Assembly: GCA_964200185.2 (NCBI GenBank)
Contig: CAXNAD020000023.1
Location: forward strand, 1-45,602
Length of the DNA: 45,602 nt
Reading direction: 5' to 3'
Origin: Choristocarpus tenellus KU-1152
Taxonomy: Eukaryota; Protista; Phaeophyceae
Made by a program: the position numbers and the translations under genes
Shown here: in pieces, positions 28,701 through 42,300 of the stretch
Layout of the letters: each line of letters starts with the position of its first letter
How positions within the stretch are numbered: position 1 is the first letter of the stretch
Notes under the pieces: generated by a model
Told to the model about the DNA's origin: nothing
The model's input: the letters and a program-made list of their open reading frames with translations, nothing else
The model's database searches: none

Positions 28701-31700
28701 TAGTTGTGTTTGAAGGTATGATATCCTCTCCAGAACATTCCATTTCATTTTTGTAAAGGTGTTTTTGTGAAGATAGGAGAGGTATGCTGTGCAGGGGCAT
28801 TCCTGTCGTGATCGTTTTGGCTATGGCTGTGACAGAACTAGCTTGTACAAATTGTTTGGTGTTTTACATCAAGTGCAGAGTATGCAATGGGGCATCCTAC
28901 TCACCTCTGCTACTTAAAAGTAGTCTACTTTTCTCTCCATATCTTAATTGGTTACCTGTCAAGTACTCATGTTCCAAGTCACCAATTTGTAAGTCAAGAG
29001 GGAGAAATGCAACCTTGTTGGGAATTGAGATAAATTGGGAAGCATTGGTTCCTGAGAATTGTAGTTGTTCTCAACAGTGCGGTTTGGAGTGGTTGAGTGT
29101 GGAAAGAAGCAAGAGATTGTACACGAGTTGCTTGCTGGTGCCTGAGTGATGTTACTTGTACTTGTCCCAGATGTTGCTCAACCCTGGCAATATTAGCAAG
29201 TACCTGTATGATCCAAGGGTTAGTTATTTAGGGTTATTTTGAAAAGGTAGGTCCAGCCTTCAATACCATTACTACCTATTTTACATCAAACCCATCAACC
29301 TCATTGTGGTAGCCACGATAGCAAATGTAATGATAATAATAATGTTAATAATAATGATAATATGATAATAATAATGTTTTCAACTAGAATCTCTCTATAT
29401 TTTTATACTTGTTTTATTTTTCAATGGTATAATAATAACAAATAAGTAGAGCTATGTGTGGTTTAGTCACATTTTTCTTCTGTGGGTGTTTTTTTTTATG
29501 TAATTGGTGCCACTCACTGTCAACAGGGACAGCAATAGTGAGGACATCAACCATGGGGGGATGCAGCGTCACCAGAACAAACTCCACCGACAAGTGAGAA
29601 CGGTCTTGAAAATGTATCTCTACACCCTTCATTTTATCAGAGATACTTTACTGTTGTCATAGTTGTGCCATTTTTTTAGTAGATGACTATAAAATCTTGT
29701 TCTGGTTTGAGTTTGTTAGATTTTGATGTCTATTTTGATGTCTATGGTACTGGGTGTTCTTCGTTCAATGCATTCGTAAGTTTTTTTTAAGTATTCTGCT
29801 ACTCAGGTACTGCTACTCAGGTACTACTACTCAGGTACTGCTACTCAGGTACTGCTACTCAGGTACTGCTACTCAGGTACTGCTACTCAGGTACTGCTAC
29901 TCAGGTACTGCTACTCAGGTACTGCTACTACTACTATTACTACTACTACTACCACTACTACTACAACCACTATTACTACTACTACTACTACTACCACTCC
30001 TATTACTAGTAGGTCGTTTTTGTGGGTAGGAACCACAAAGCAAAGATGGTATATTGCAATTTTAGTGGGGGATGCCTTTTTTTTATCATCGAAGTACCTG
30101 GATGGTGTGACATTTGTATTGTGCTATATGCATAATATCATCTAGACTTACCTAATCCTTTCCTTGGCATGGTGTCCCTCTTTATGGTGCAGAAGGTCGC
30201 ATGTATCGGTCGAGGTTTTTTATTTACATTAATTGTAATACTAGTGGTTACAATATTGTTTGTTCACTGATACACGTTGCATGTAAGTCTATACTAGTAG
30301 TCTATACTAGTGGCAGAACAAGCGTCTTAAATGACTTGCAAAATATGAAATTGCCTTGACTTGTAATTTGTTGTATATGGCAACCATTAGTAAGTTACTG
30401 ATGATGATGGCTGCAAGTACACAAAGAGGGTTTGCAGTTCTGGAACTGTAAATGTACCATATATTTAATGTACATGTGCTAGATGTAAATGTACTATATA
30501 TTCAATGTACATATGTTAAATGATAACAATACTAATAACATACATACTCTCAGGTGATACGGCCCCATTGATCCACCCTGTGGTCTTTACTGAAACATAT
30601 TTGCTAGCACAGAAAGGCGTTGTGGGTGGATACTCCCTTGCTGATGTATGTATACCAAGTTAGGCCAATTGATTTGTATTGACAAGAGCAGATTACCATG
30701 AAAAGGGATCTCTGATGCAAGACTTTCTTGCAATGATAGATATTGATAGATGTGACTAATAGTTGTCGTTCTGAATGAGAGCAGTCAAGCTACTTCCATC
30801 CCCCACCTCCAGAGCATATCAATGTTATAAGAGTTTAAATAACAAGTATGTATCACTTCATAGTATGTATCACTTCATAGTATGTATTACTTCATAGTAT
30901 GTATCACTTCATAGTATGTATAACTTCATAGTATGTATAACTTCATAGTATGTATCACTTCATAGTATGTATTACTTCATAGGATGTATCACTTCATAGT
31001 ATGTATAACTTCATAGTATGTATAACTTCATAGTATGTATCACTTCATAGTATGTATTACTTCATAGGATGTATTACTTCATAGTCAGAGGTACTCTCGT
31101 TGGCAAACTTATCATTTGTTGCCCCCAGTGTTAGTTCCTTATTTTTGACTATCAAAGGGGATTGGTGTTTATCAAAAATGGTACAATACATTGTTTTCCT
31201 CTTTTTCTTTGTGATGTTTCCACAACAGTGTTCTGTGTCTGTAATACCAATGGTTCCAATATTTTTCAATTGATACAAATACACTTTTTCAATTAATAAT
31301 AAATACACTTTTTTCCCTCAGTGTAAATCTGATCAGAATTTACCCATTTGCTCAATTTCTGTTGCAGTGTGAATAGGGGATGCAATTGTAGATATGGTAG
31401 ATATAGCTGCACTGTGAACAACTCTCTATTTCACTGTTAATATTTATACGATGTTAATATTTATGATATTAATATTTACATGATATTAATATTATATGAT
31501 GTTAATATTTATATGATATTAATATTTATACGATGTTAATATTTATGATATTAATATTTATATGATGTTAATATTTATATGATATTAATATTTATATGAT
31601 ATTAATATTTATACAATGTTAATATTTATATGATATTAATAATTATATAATATTAATATTTATACGATGTTAATATTTATATGATGTTAATATTTATATG

Positions 31701-34700
31701 ATATTAATATTTATACAATGTTAATAATTATATGATATTAATATTTATATAATATTAATATTTATACGATGTTATTATTTATATAGTTATATTTATATGA
31801 TGTCAATCTTCATATGTCATATCAGTTTTGCCAACACTCTTTCTCTCCTACTCCAGAGTATATATTTTTTAATCTGCATTATCACAATACATTATCACAA
31901 TACATACATTTACCGAAACACTAATGGTACACCAAGGCAATCTTGGAGGAGGAGAACCGTGGGATGAAGCTTAGGATGGAGGGACAGAGAAGGGCAATTC
32001 ATGAGCTAGAGCACCAGGCACGGAGTCTGAGGGGAGAGGTACAATTGAGGTGGGACTTCTAATAGTATTGATATATGTGTTAATATTATAGGAGTATTTA
32101 AACTAATATTAATAAATGTTGCAAATTGTGAGTACTTCCAGCATTGCTTTTTTTTCTTTGACAATTAGAAAAAAAAGGTGATCAAGAGGAAGTCAGTCAA
32201 GTACTACCATGAGATGTATCTTTCATTTGGTGTTTGTCAGGTACTGTGAAATGTGACATGAGTTGTAGGGAAAAACTCCCTCCCTCCTTCCCTCCCTCAT
32301 AGTGTCAGTAAAATGCAGAAATAGCCCAGTTTTTGAAGGCTCTAATTAAGTACAGTGGAGAAGATGTGGTGAAAGCAATAGACTCAATGGAACTGAGGGA
32401 GGGAAGATTTGTGTTTTTATCTTTTTTATATTGTATCTTTCAGGTGTTTACCTGTTTTCTAGATGATATGAGGATAAAATATATTAATATGACCAGACAT
32501 CATGCTTGTGATGTAGTGGGATCAGTAAATATCACCATTGTGCTGTGGCCTGTTGTGAATCATAAGTAACTATCATAAATCATACCGATAATCAAGTAAA
32601 TACAATAACACACATAAAAATATTTGTGGATGCACTGCATTTAATCAACAGTGTATTTTTATTTGCCATATTTTAATATTTGTACAAGGAGTTCCTCTTG
32701 ACAAGGATCTTAGTGGTGTTGATCCTTTTTCTATTTTGTAACTTTGATACATAGTTTTATTCACAGTGCAGACCCTACCAATTCAATTCTGACAACTTTA
32801 CCAATAAATAGATACTTCAGATGCATCAAATTTCTTTTTCCATTAACCTCCCTTGGTCACATCACATCACATCTTATCACATCACCACAATCACAATCGC
32901 AATCGCAATCATAATCACAGTCATAATCACAATCATAATCATAATCACAGTCATAATCATAATCATAATCACAGTCATAATCACAATCATAATCACAATC
33001 ACAATCACATACAGAGACAACGAAATAGTCAAGCTGAGGAGAAAGATAGCAATGGCAGCAGCTGCTCCTACTGTGGGGACATGCTCCTGTTGTACTAGCA
33101 CTCATGGTCGTGGAGGGGGAGGGGGAGGGGATATTGACAGGGTGGCTAGTCTGAAGAAGAAGGCATTAGCGGCGGAGGCAGGTCATGTGTTGGTTTGGGA
33201 GTTGTAAGGGCAAGGGTTTAATGGGAAAAGGGCAATGTATGAAGAGCTCTTCCCCCCAGTGTGTCATCTAAGAGGGCAACAGTACTTGCCTCAAGTTTAT
33301 TGTATGTTGTATGTTGTGTGTTTTTATTGAGGCAAGCTAAGTCAGCCACTTGAAGTCCTTGTGGTTAATTCGATTTTTTTATTATTTCTGAGTGTAATGT
33401 ACCTTGGTTGGTTGAAGCTATCCATCCATCCATTATCCTCTTGGTGTTTTTTGTTAATAATTATGTCTGTGTGTATGCATGTGCATTGTATGTGTGTGTG
33501 CTTGTCAGGCTCAGTGCAGAGACATGGAGCTGCTACTTTTGGAGAGTCGTGGTAAAGAACAGCGAACAAGGGAGATCAATAACACACTCAAGAAAAACTT
33601 AAAGTGAGACATCCACTTCCACCTACTCCTTGCCCCCCTCCACTTGTCACTTGAGTCAAAGGAAGTATAGACATTTTTTTTCCTATAATTTTTTTTATTA
33701 TTGTTCATTCTATTGCAGTACAGTTTTCTTTTGGTGTAATTTTCCAATCGTCCAGTTGTGAATCAAGTATGTCATTGTGTGTGTGTCATAAGGAGGTGGC
33801 CATCAATTATGTAACAAACCCATTATAAACATCACACAGTCAAACCCCTTAAATTCCAATATTGAGAGTAGTTGAAAGAAGAGTCCTATTAATATGTCAG
33901 TGTTTCTTTTCCCACCTGCACTCACCCCGACCATGTTGTTTGTGATTATCTCAAGTATCCTGATTCACCAACTACCAACTACCAAGTGGACTATTGTATC
34001 TCTCATACGTGGTATGCTCTGTTTGGTCCTTGTGGTTGAGATATATGTTGTCAGTATGACTTGGGGCACTTGCAAATCCTGGATGGCGTTGACTATTTGT
34101 AACCAGCTTGGATCATTTCTTGTCTTTTTATTGGGGGATTTACTTCATGCTGATGTTTATGCTGGAAACATTTTGTGTTAAAAGGGCTGCTCAACAGAAT
34201 GTGTCTTCATTAGAGGTGGAATTGAAGGATGTCAAGAATGCTTTGGCTATAGCAAGGAAGGGGTCTACAGACCTACAAAGAGAAGCTAAGGTGAACTAGT
34301 CAATCACACACACCTCACATTTGTCTCAAGTACAAAATTGATCTATCAGTCAATGGACACTCATGCATGCCAACCACTATTGGTCATATCCATGATTCTT
34401 GAATTGAAGGTACATTGCACTGAATTACTTGTTATTGATATTGTAGTTGGTGGTTGAAGGGAAGGTATTGCCAAAGAACAAAATAAAATGTTACAATAAT
34501 AATAATCATCATCATCACAATAATAATCATACTTTTTTTCACTCTCTTACTCCTTCAATGAATAACTTCATGGCTTATGCTGTCATACCTAACACAATAT
34601 ATTGTCCCATTCCAAAGTTTTTTTAGATTGCAGCAATGCCGACATTTCTCAACCTTCCACTCACAGCAAGCCCACAAACAACCATCATGCTACTACTTAT

Positions 34701-37500
34701 ATTTTTTTTGGAATACTTTTATTTTTATGATGACAAAGCTGACCCACATACACCACACCAATGATGTAGAGTGTAGTATAGAATAGGCTAGAAATCAAGG
34801 TCAATCAACAGTATTAATAGCCATCTACACTCTACACAATGAATAAGCATACACATGATTGATTCTGAGTATATGACATGATTAGAGCTTGTCATTGTTG
34901 AAAACAGTTTTCTCCTGACAGACTGTAGTATTGACTTGTGGTATGCAACACATTCATTCCAAATCTTACAGACACTATTATTATTGTGTTGAAAGCATGT
35001 CCCATTTTTTTTCATTTTTTCACATAATGGTTCATAAGGGTTCAGCAGAGCAAAGGAACACACATTCATTCCAAACATGAATTGCAAGAGGATGTAAAAA
35101 ACATTTGATACTATATGTGGTACCAGTAATACTAGCCAACACTGTTGATATTGATACAGTGTAGACAATAATATATCACATGTATTCCAAGTACTTTACT
35201 TTGTTTTGATAGTACAGGATTAGTTACCAAGATTTGTCCTCTGTTTGATGGTTGCAACAGGCAAGTGCCAAGGATGCAAGAAAATTTCGACGGCAACATG
35301 AGGATATGCTACACAAAATTGAGACAGCCAGGGCAGAAGCAGCTGAATTGTCAATGCACTTAAAAAATGTAAGGAGAGTAAGGAGACTTTTGATCCTCTT
35401 GGTGACTCCAATAATGAAGTGATTATTGGAAGATTATTGGAAGACAAGGTGTGTTAAGGACACACAAGAAAGTTTTGGTTAACATCAATCATGGTAGCTG
35501 TACACCAGGTATACTTTGTCTAACTCATCTGTGTGTGACACTCACTCATCCAAGGAGGTGGTCAAAGGTGGTTCAGAGGCTGGTTCACTTCGGGAGAAGA
35601 TTGTTAGTCTGGAGGCCATGGTGGAGGAGTTATCTCGAGAGAATCATATTCTGGAAGATCGATTGAGGGAAGGACAGCTTCGTGGCAAGATGAACAAGCA
35701 AGATAGGTAACACATGCTATACAGTGTCTTGTCCTGTCATGTCATGTCATGTCATGTCATTGGTGGACCCTGAACTATATACTTACGCTAAAGCTGACCC
35801 TAGTTGTTCATTGTACTATTATTACTATTTTTATTATAGTGAAGTACTCTGAGCATTGAGAGGGTGACAAGTGCAACTGTGGGTTGGTCTCTCAAGAACT
35901 AGCTTGTTTTTATTGTGTGAATTCTTTCTCCCCAATGCCAACCTTGTGTGTGAGACAGTATTGTATCTTCAACATAGAGTGATTTTGGTGCTGATACTTT
36001 CTTTCTAGGATATTATTATTTTTATTATTATCTGTAAATAGGAGTAATTGGCTTTTTTCCCCATTCCATCCCCAACCTACCCCCTCCCTCCCCCCTCGCC
36101 TCTGTTGTTTTTACTTTTTTTGAGTAAGATGGGTCATGTCTGAGCTGCGATCAAAGTCATCACCACCTTCATCATCAGCATTACGTAGACCATTGCGAGA
36201 TCCTCTTGACTATCAGTCAATACAACATTCATCTCTTGACTGGACAGGGAGACAGGATGTATACCCCTTGACAAAGGACAAAGGAAGGGACCCTACCGGT
36301 CGCTTACAGTCAGTTACAAGGCCTTCAACAGATCAACAGACCAATTCCCCCAGAGATAGAGATGGAGATGAGGTGAAGGACTCCTTGTCATCACCAGATC
36401 GGGGAAGGACTCTGTCATCTAGTCCATCTTTTGTTGGAAACAAGGATGTGGAGAATGACTCTGATGTAGAGAATGGTTTACAAAACAGAGAGACTAGGAG
36501 CAATGAAGGACATGTATCATTGAGGAGGTTATCAACAAGAGAAGAGAGATTCACTCGAGAAAAGGGACAGTTGTACTCCCAACTTTATGGCAGCAATTGG
36601 ACTGTTGATGGGGAAGTGGTGAACGGATCTCTCCCTGCTGGGAGTGATAGAAGTGCAATGGGTGCTAGGTAAGAGGAGGAAGAGAGGAAGGCTCTCACCA
36701 ACTATGATATGAGTTACTATTTGTCATGTGAGTTTGCTGTATGATATGAGTTACTATTGTTACTAGTTGTGAACAATTGTCATCCTTTGTCAGTTGTGAT
36801 TGTACTAGAAGTGTTGGAGACTTTTCTTTTTTTCACCGAGTGCACCCTTAGTGTTACAGTGTTAGCATATATTAGTACAATTAATAGTTGGGAGATTTTT
36901 TGTGTATATATTAATCCAATTTATAGTTGGGAGATTCTTTGTGTATATATTAATCCAATTTATAGTTGGGAGATTCTTTGTGCTTTTTTTCAAGAGTATG
37001 ATGTAGAATAGTATTCCTTCGGCTGCTAGTAGTGTAGGTGTCAAAAACGTTTTATTTATCGAGGTGATACACTCTAAACATCCCCTAACCCTAACCCTAA
37101 TGTATATACATGTACACCTCATCTGTTTCATTCATTCCCAAGTGAAAGAGATTTTATACTTTTCTGAGCAAGGATTCTGTTTTTTGCCAATGCACAATAA
37201 TAATAATAAAGACACTATTACTCCCAATAGTAAAGATAATATTACTAGTAGTTGTAATGGATGTACCTGGTGTCCCTGTCAGGTTTAGGGGAAGTATATT
37301 GTTTTGTGAGACTAACAGCTCTACCTTGGTTATTCTGCGTGTGATTTGTTTGATACATACATACAGGCCATCGACCCATGTATATTGCGTTGAATTAATA
37401 CATTTCCCCCTGTGCTCCCTTCCTCCCTTGGTGGGGTACTACAAGGTATAACCGATTGCAAGCCATGTACAGGAGGGTCAACAGGAAGGACAGGCGGTGA
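25727..37500 (+). CDS. Uncharacterised coiled-coil protein with disordered termini, about 859 aa, 15 exons
   Basis: Exons 25727-25863, 26187-26377, 26767-26836 (GC donor), 27239-27626, 27846-27880, 28268-28627, 29527-29593, 31937-32049, 33015-33177 (GC donor), 33509-33603, 34185-34290, 35261-35368, 35555-35706, 36129-36668, 37446-37500. The joined length is 2580 nt with an open frame. Heptad-like segments: LEEENRGMKLRMEGQRRAIHELE, VSSLEVELKDVKNAL, LREKIVSLEAMVEELSRENHILEDRL. Confidence 0.75.
29796..30008. repeat. 14-bp minisatellite CTGCTACTCAGGTA (~9 copies) merging into (CTA)n
   Basis: Direct inspection. Confidence 0.9.
30845..31083. repeat. 17-bp minisatellite AGTATGTATCACTTCAT (~14 copies)
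   Basis: Direct inspection. Confidence 0.9.
31433..31803. repeat. AT-rich ~17-bp minisatellite ATATTAATATTTATATG
   Basis: About 20 degenerate units. Confidence 0.9.
32880..33009. repeat. (ATCACA/ATCATA)n hexamer microsatellite directly upstream of an acceptor site
   Basis: Direct inspection; it ends a few nt before the CAG acceptor at 33014. Confidence 0.85.
36880..36982. repeat. 39-bp tandem repeat, ~2.6 copies
   Basis: ATAGTTGGGAGATT(C/T)TTTGTGTATATATTAATCCAATTT repeated. Confidence 0.85.
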
Positions 37501-39348
37501 GGTCTTGTCATGTTCCTCTCAAGGACCAGTGTAGACCAATCTTACAGTCTCAGTTATTAATAATTGCTCTATATTAGTATACTATTCCAATTAGTGTTAG
37601 CGTTAGTACTAGCATTAGTATTAGTATTATTATTATTACTACCTACTGCTACAGGGTGAAAAAAAAGCGTGCCCTTCACCTTGAGTGCAAACCACATCAG
37701 AAGTGTCTTGGGTACCACCAACCACAATATGTGGAGTGACTCTATATGTGATTTGAGATACTGAGCAGATATCAATATTATAGATATTCGTACTGTTGTT
37801 TATTGTAGTAAAAAAATTAGTTTACCTTGGTACGTATTTTTGTATTCATTGTTATTATTTTATAGTCTGGGAGCAAGTAATTTAGTGATCATTTTCATAT
37901 CAACTGCTCATTGGGTGAAAAAAGTTTGAATATTTGTTCTATACCTCTCAACTTTACAACCACAGAGCATCCCTGCCCCTCACCCTCAGATTTTGGTTGA
38001 GAGTGCTGAGGCACTTTAGGAGGTAGCTTGGGAGATTTTGGTTGAACGGGTTATGAAGAGGTGGAAACCAATTGGGTGGAAAAGTGTCTTATAACTTCAG
38101 ATGTAGTGGTATTTCACATCATGAGGGACATCCAACTTGATGTGTTGCTGATATTCTATTTAGAGCAGTGATGTTCATTAACTAGTCTTTTTTTTTTATT
38201 ATGTCAATATATCAATGTAATGGTTGCCTACATACAAAGACATTGAGGTACAAGAGGTGTAGACACCCCCACCCTTCTGTGGTCAAAGATGTATCTTACA
38301 TCTTGCATCCTATCTCTTGTACCATGAACCTTTTCACTGGTTCACTCTTGTGCTGCCTACAACATTGAGTGACATGATGACTCTGAATGACGGAATTGCT
38401 TCTACATTTTGATAGTGTTTCCTGTGTCAGATTGATTGGTCCAATACTTTAGTGTGGATGTTTGAAGTTTGTGTGTAGTGACTACATTGTACAGGGAGTA
38501 ATTGGATATGGAAGAAGGTAAATATAGTTGACAATCAAGCAGTTACAAACCATGTTGATATTATGCAGTATCTTGATACAGTACAGAAGTGGTACAAAGC
38601 TGAAATAAACCTATTACTCCTTTGTTCACGAGAATGTCACCAACCTCTAACTACCATCTTTATCTGTAATTACAGACGACATTTAATCATGATGGAACCA
38701 GTGCCTCTATCATAACAAACCATTCTAGCAAGCAATTGACAATTGTCTGCACTGGTCAAACCAGTAATGTTTTGTGTATGTGATGTTGTGTATCCTTATT
38801 CTTTGTATATGATGATAGAGTTTGATGCTCAAACAAAGGTCTGAGGGCAGTGATGAAACATGCCACAATCATGTTCATGCTTTGGACTATCGCCATTCCC
38901 AAGCAACCCCTGTGCAGGGAAGGGCTGAAGGTTGGTTGTGCCTAAATATATCACCACCAATTGCTGGATTAGGACTGTGATGTGTTCAAATTTAAATTAG
39001 TACACTATTAACTCAACATTCATGTTTATGGGATACATACAACTTAACTTGGGTGCTTTTTATTATTTATCTGTGTGTGCTTCTTATTGGCGCTGGGAAT
39101 ACTGCTGTCACAAGATAATTAGCACAGTGATTGATCCTCGATCATTGCATACAGTCCATGCTGCAGCAGGCTATCAACAATGCTATTTCTTACACGTGCA
39201 CACAATTTTTGCTCAGTCCTGTCCATCTTGCTTATACCAGTCCAAGTTGATTGATCACTTAAGTAATTAAAGTAGCCCCTGCTGCAATTCATAGGTAGGT
39301 TGTTCCCTGACAATCATGACCAGCATCATCATGATGATACCAATGGCA

Positions 39349-42300
39349 TCAAATTGACAGTTTGTGTGGCTGTCCTCCTCTTCTCAACTGTCCAGGGGTA
39401 GGATTAGGAATGTCACTTGGAAGTCAAGAGTTGATATAAGAAGAGTAATATTGTAAGACCCACATCACATGACAATAGTAGTGCATGTTGTTGCTCTATT
39501 CATGTTGATATTGATATGAACATGTTCAGTGGTGCTACATGCTCAAAAGTATTCTACATCATCATAGAGTACACATCAAGTATTATTACCAGTACCCACA
39601 TGAAAGGTTAGGGTTAGGGCATGTAACACAACAAGTAGAATGGCTCTGTGGTGCTGGACCGTAGCCCTTGATTTTATAATATTAGTAGATATAGGTCTTG
39701 TGGAAGGTGCAAAAACGAATGTTCCCATCAATTGAAGAAGAGCTTGAGCATAGGTTATGAGAAACCATTGTTGTTTGTTTGTTCATCTCCCAGGGTGATC
39801 ATTTACCTGATTGGCTCTGCTCTTGACAAAAGAAACATTTGTCATAGCCTGTCGTACTCTGTAGCCACGGGCAAGAGCTTGTATCTTCACTGCCAAGATA
39901 TTTTTTCGACGAGTCTTCCAGCCACGGTTACAAGCCTGTGTTAGGGTTAGGGTTATGAACTACAGTGTCACAACACACATGTACCCAATGATGAGAGGAA
40001 GTCCTGCACAATCTACACTACAAAAGGAGGGATTGTTACACAAGAATAAAAATCCACCACCCACAAGACTGACCCTGAGTCCGCTCTTAAATACATCTCT
40101 CAACTGCAGGACACTATATCTAGTGACACATATTGAAGTGCATGTATATATATACACACACATTTGTTTATATTATGTAATTTTGTACTTCAAATAGCTA
40201 TACAGAACAACACTGGTGCAACACAATATAAATACTTCTCTGGAGCTTTTGTCTAGAATACTACTTTGAAGTATATAGGTTTCATGATGTCCTCAGGGAG
40301 TTGGAGACTTTCTTTTTTACCTGTAGGTGGATGAAGATATCCATCTTTTTTTTATTTGTCTTCCGTGTCATGTTGAAGGCCAAGTCCTGTCATTGACACC
40401 GGGGCCAACAGTTAGTTGTGGTTGAGTGTTCAATTCCTACACAAATTCGATTGCCTGAGCAGAGGCTAGAGATAATGGATGAAAATTACACAAAAACAAA
40501 AACCAAGAGACCATTGCACAAAATGTTGAATGGAGATATAGTATAAGACAAGACACCAGATGTTGAGATGACACACACATCCCACTGGTCTCGGTAAATG
40601 CTTCTCTTGACTATAAAAATAGCTACAAATACTGCTACCATAGTGATAGTAATAACCAAGGTGTGTTTTTCTGATGCCTTAAGTGATGATGCCAATGGCC
40701 ACAAATTTAGCGGAGATTGCTCAGAAAATGTACAGAAGGTGTGCACCATCCACATACACTGTTGAATGACTGTAGTGTAGAGGAAAAGAGATCCTTCTAC
40801 GACCTTTGACCCTTGAGCTTTAATGCAGTTAGTCAATGTATAGATTTCGAGGAAACAAACAAAAGAGTGTTTCAACCATTGGTGCTCCTCAATAAAATGA
40901 TAATGATAACTTTTTTATTTATTGTCACGTATGTACCAAAGTTGTTTCTAGTCCTGCATTACCTCAATGCTTCCCAACCATGTACTCACACATAAAAAAA
41001 TATAATATTTTTGCATGTATAGATTCTTCTGGTCAACTGTTGGTGAGTACACTACAATACCCTAACTCTACCTTCCAGTCAGCTTGTGCCTTCTCCACCA
41101 AAGCTCTGTCGTCTCCTTCACATTCCAATTGTGCAGCCCTCTCCTGTTTGTTTGAATGTTTAACTGCAATGTGTATTGATTGTCCTTGTGGGTTATGATA
41201 TTATTTTCTTAGTACTTTTAGGTTAATCAGTATGGTGTGAGATGATAAATAGTGCATTATAACCTGATCCACCATTCCTGAGGTGTTTGTTTAGACATGA
41301 ATACATTAATAAAATGATGGATCAATATGTGTGTGTGTGTGTGTCTATGTGTTCACATGGGTGTATCTCCCACATATCAACTCTTAGAGAAAAACACACT
41401 GAAAATGTGGAAAAATTCTCCAACCTTATCTAAAAATTCTCCAACCTTATCTGGAGTCAGCAGCATTACTGTCCGCAAAATGTGTTCTGCCAGAAGATGA
41501 GATTCCTTGAACCAGAAAGCTTGTCTACCTTGAGGGTCTGGCAAAGATGTGACCCTAAAGAGATCTTGCACTTTAACTGTGCTCACCATTGGTCCTGACA
41601 ATGCCCAAATCATATCACTAAACCTGTTGTATGTGTTTCAAATGATGGGAAAAGGAGTCAACTTCCCCACCTTGCTTGGCCATTGATTGCATAAGTCTGG
41701 TTGTTGATAAGCACAAATTCAAAAGTGGGCAAAGGACAGAAGATAGACACAACGACTTCAACTGAGTAAAAGCTTCCTTTGCAATATACTGGACACTAAA
41801 GAGCAACAGCAGATTGGGGTTGAAGTCAACTAGACATTCCCAACTCAAACACAAATCAAGTCAATGTTCACTCAGCTGTGTGTGCCTCTTTCCAGTCAAT
41901 CTTGGTGACATCCAACAGCAAGTTCAAAAGGACGATGGATATTAAAATAAGGTCTGCACGAATTTTGTGCCTTTCTTGAATTGTTCAGGGGAGCTCTCAA
42001 TTGCGACGTTGTTTAGAAAAAGAAACTGAAGGAGAAAATGAATCAAAATGTCAATACATACAAGGAGTTACTGTGGTGTTTTTTTCAAGGGAACTAAGGA
42101 AGCTAGCTGTATTGGACAGATCTCAAAGTTTGTAACCATGCAAAAAGAGCTGCAATAAAAATGGTATATAATACAGGTTTCAGGGGACTAACCTGAGCAG
42201 TTTCAATCCTTGGGCTCATAGTTCGTTTGACACACTGCAAGGGGCCCATTCTTGCAGTTAAGCCAGCTAACCACTACATATCAACAAATTAGTGCTGCCC

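Noticed and set aside
37501-39348. Hidden gene or ncRNA between the convergent genes
   Set aside because: No phase-consistent exons or recognisable RNA structure; most likely 3' UTRs and spacer.
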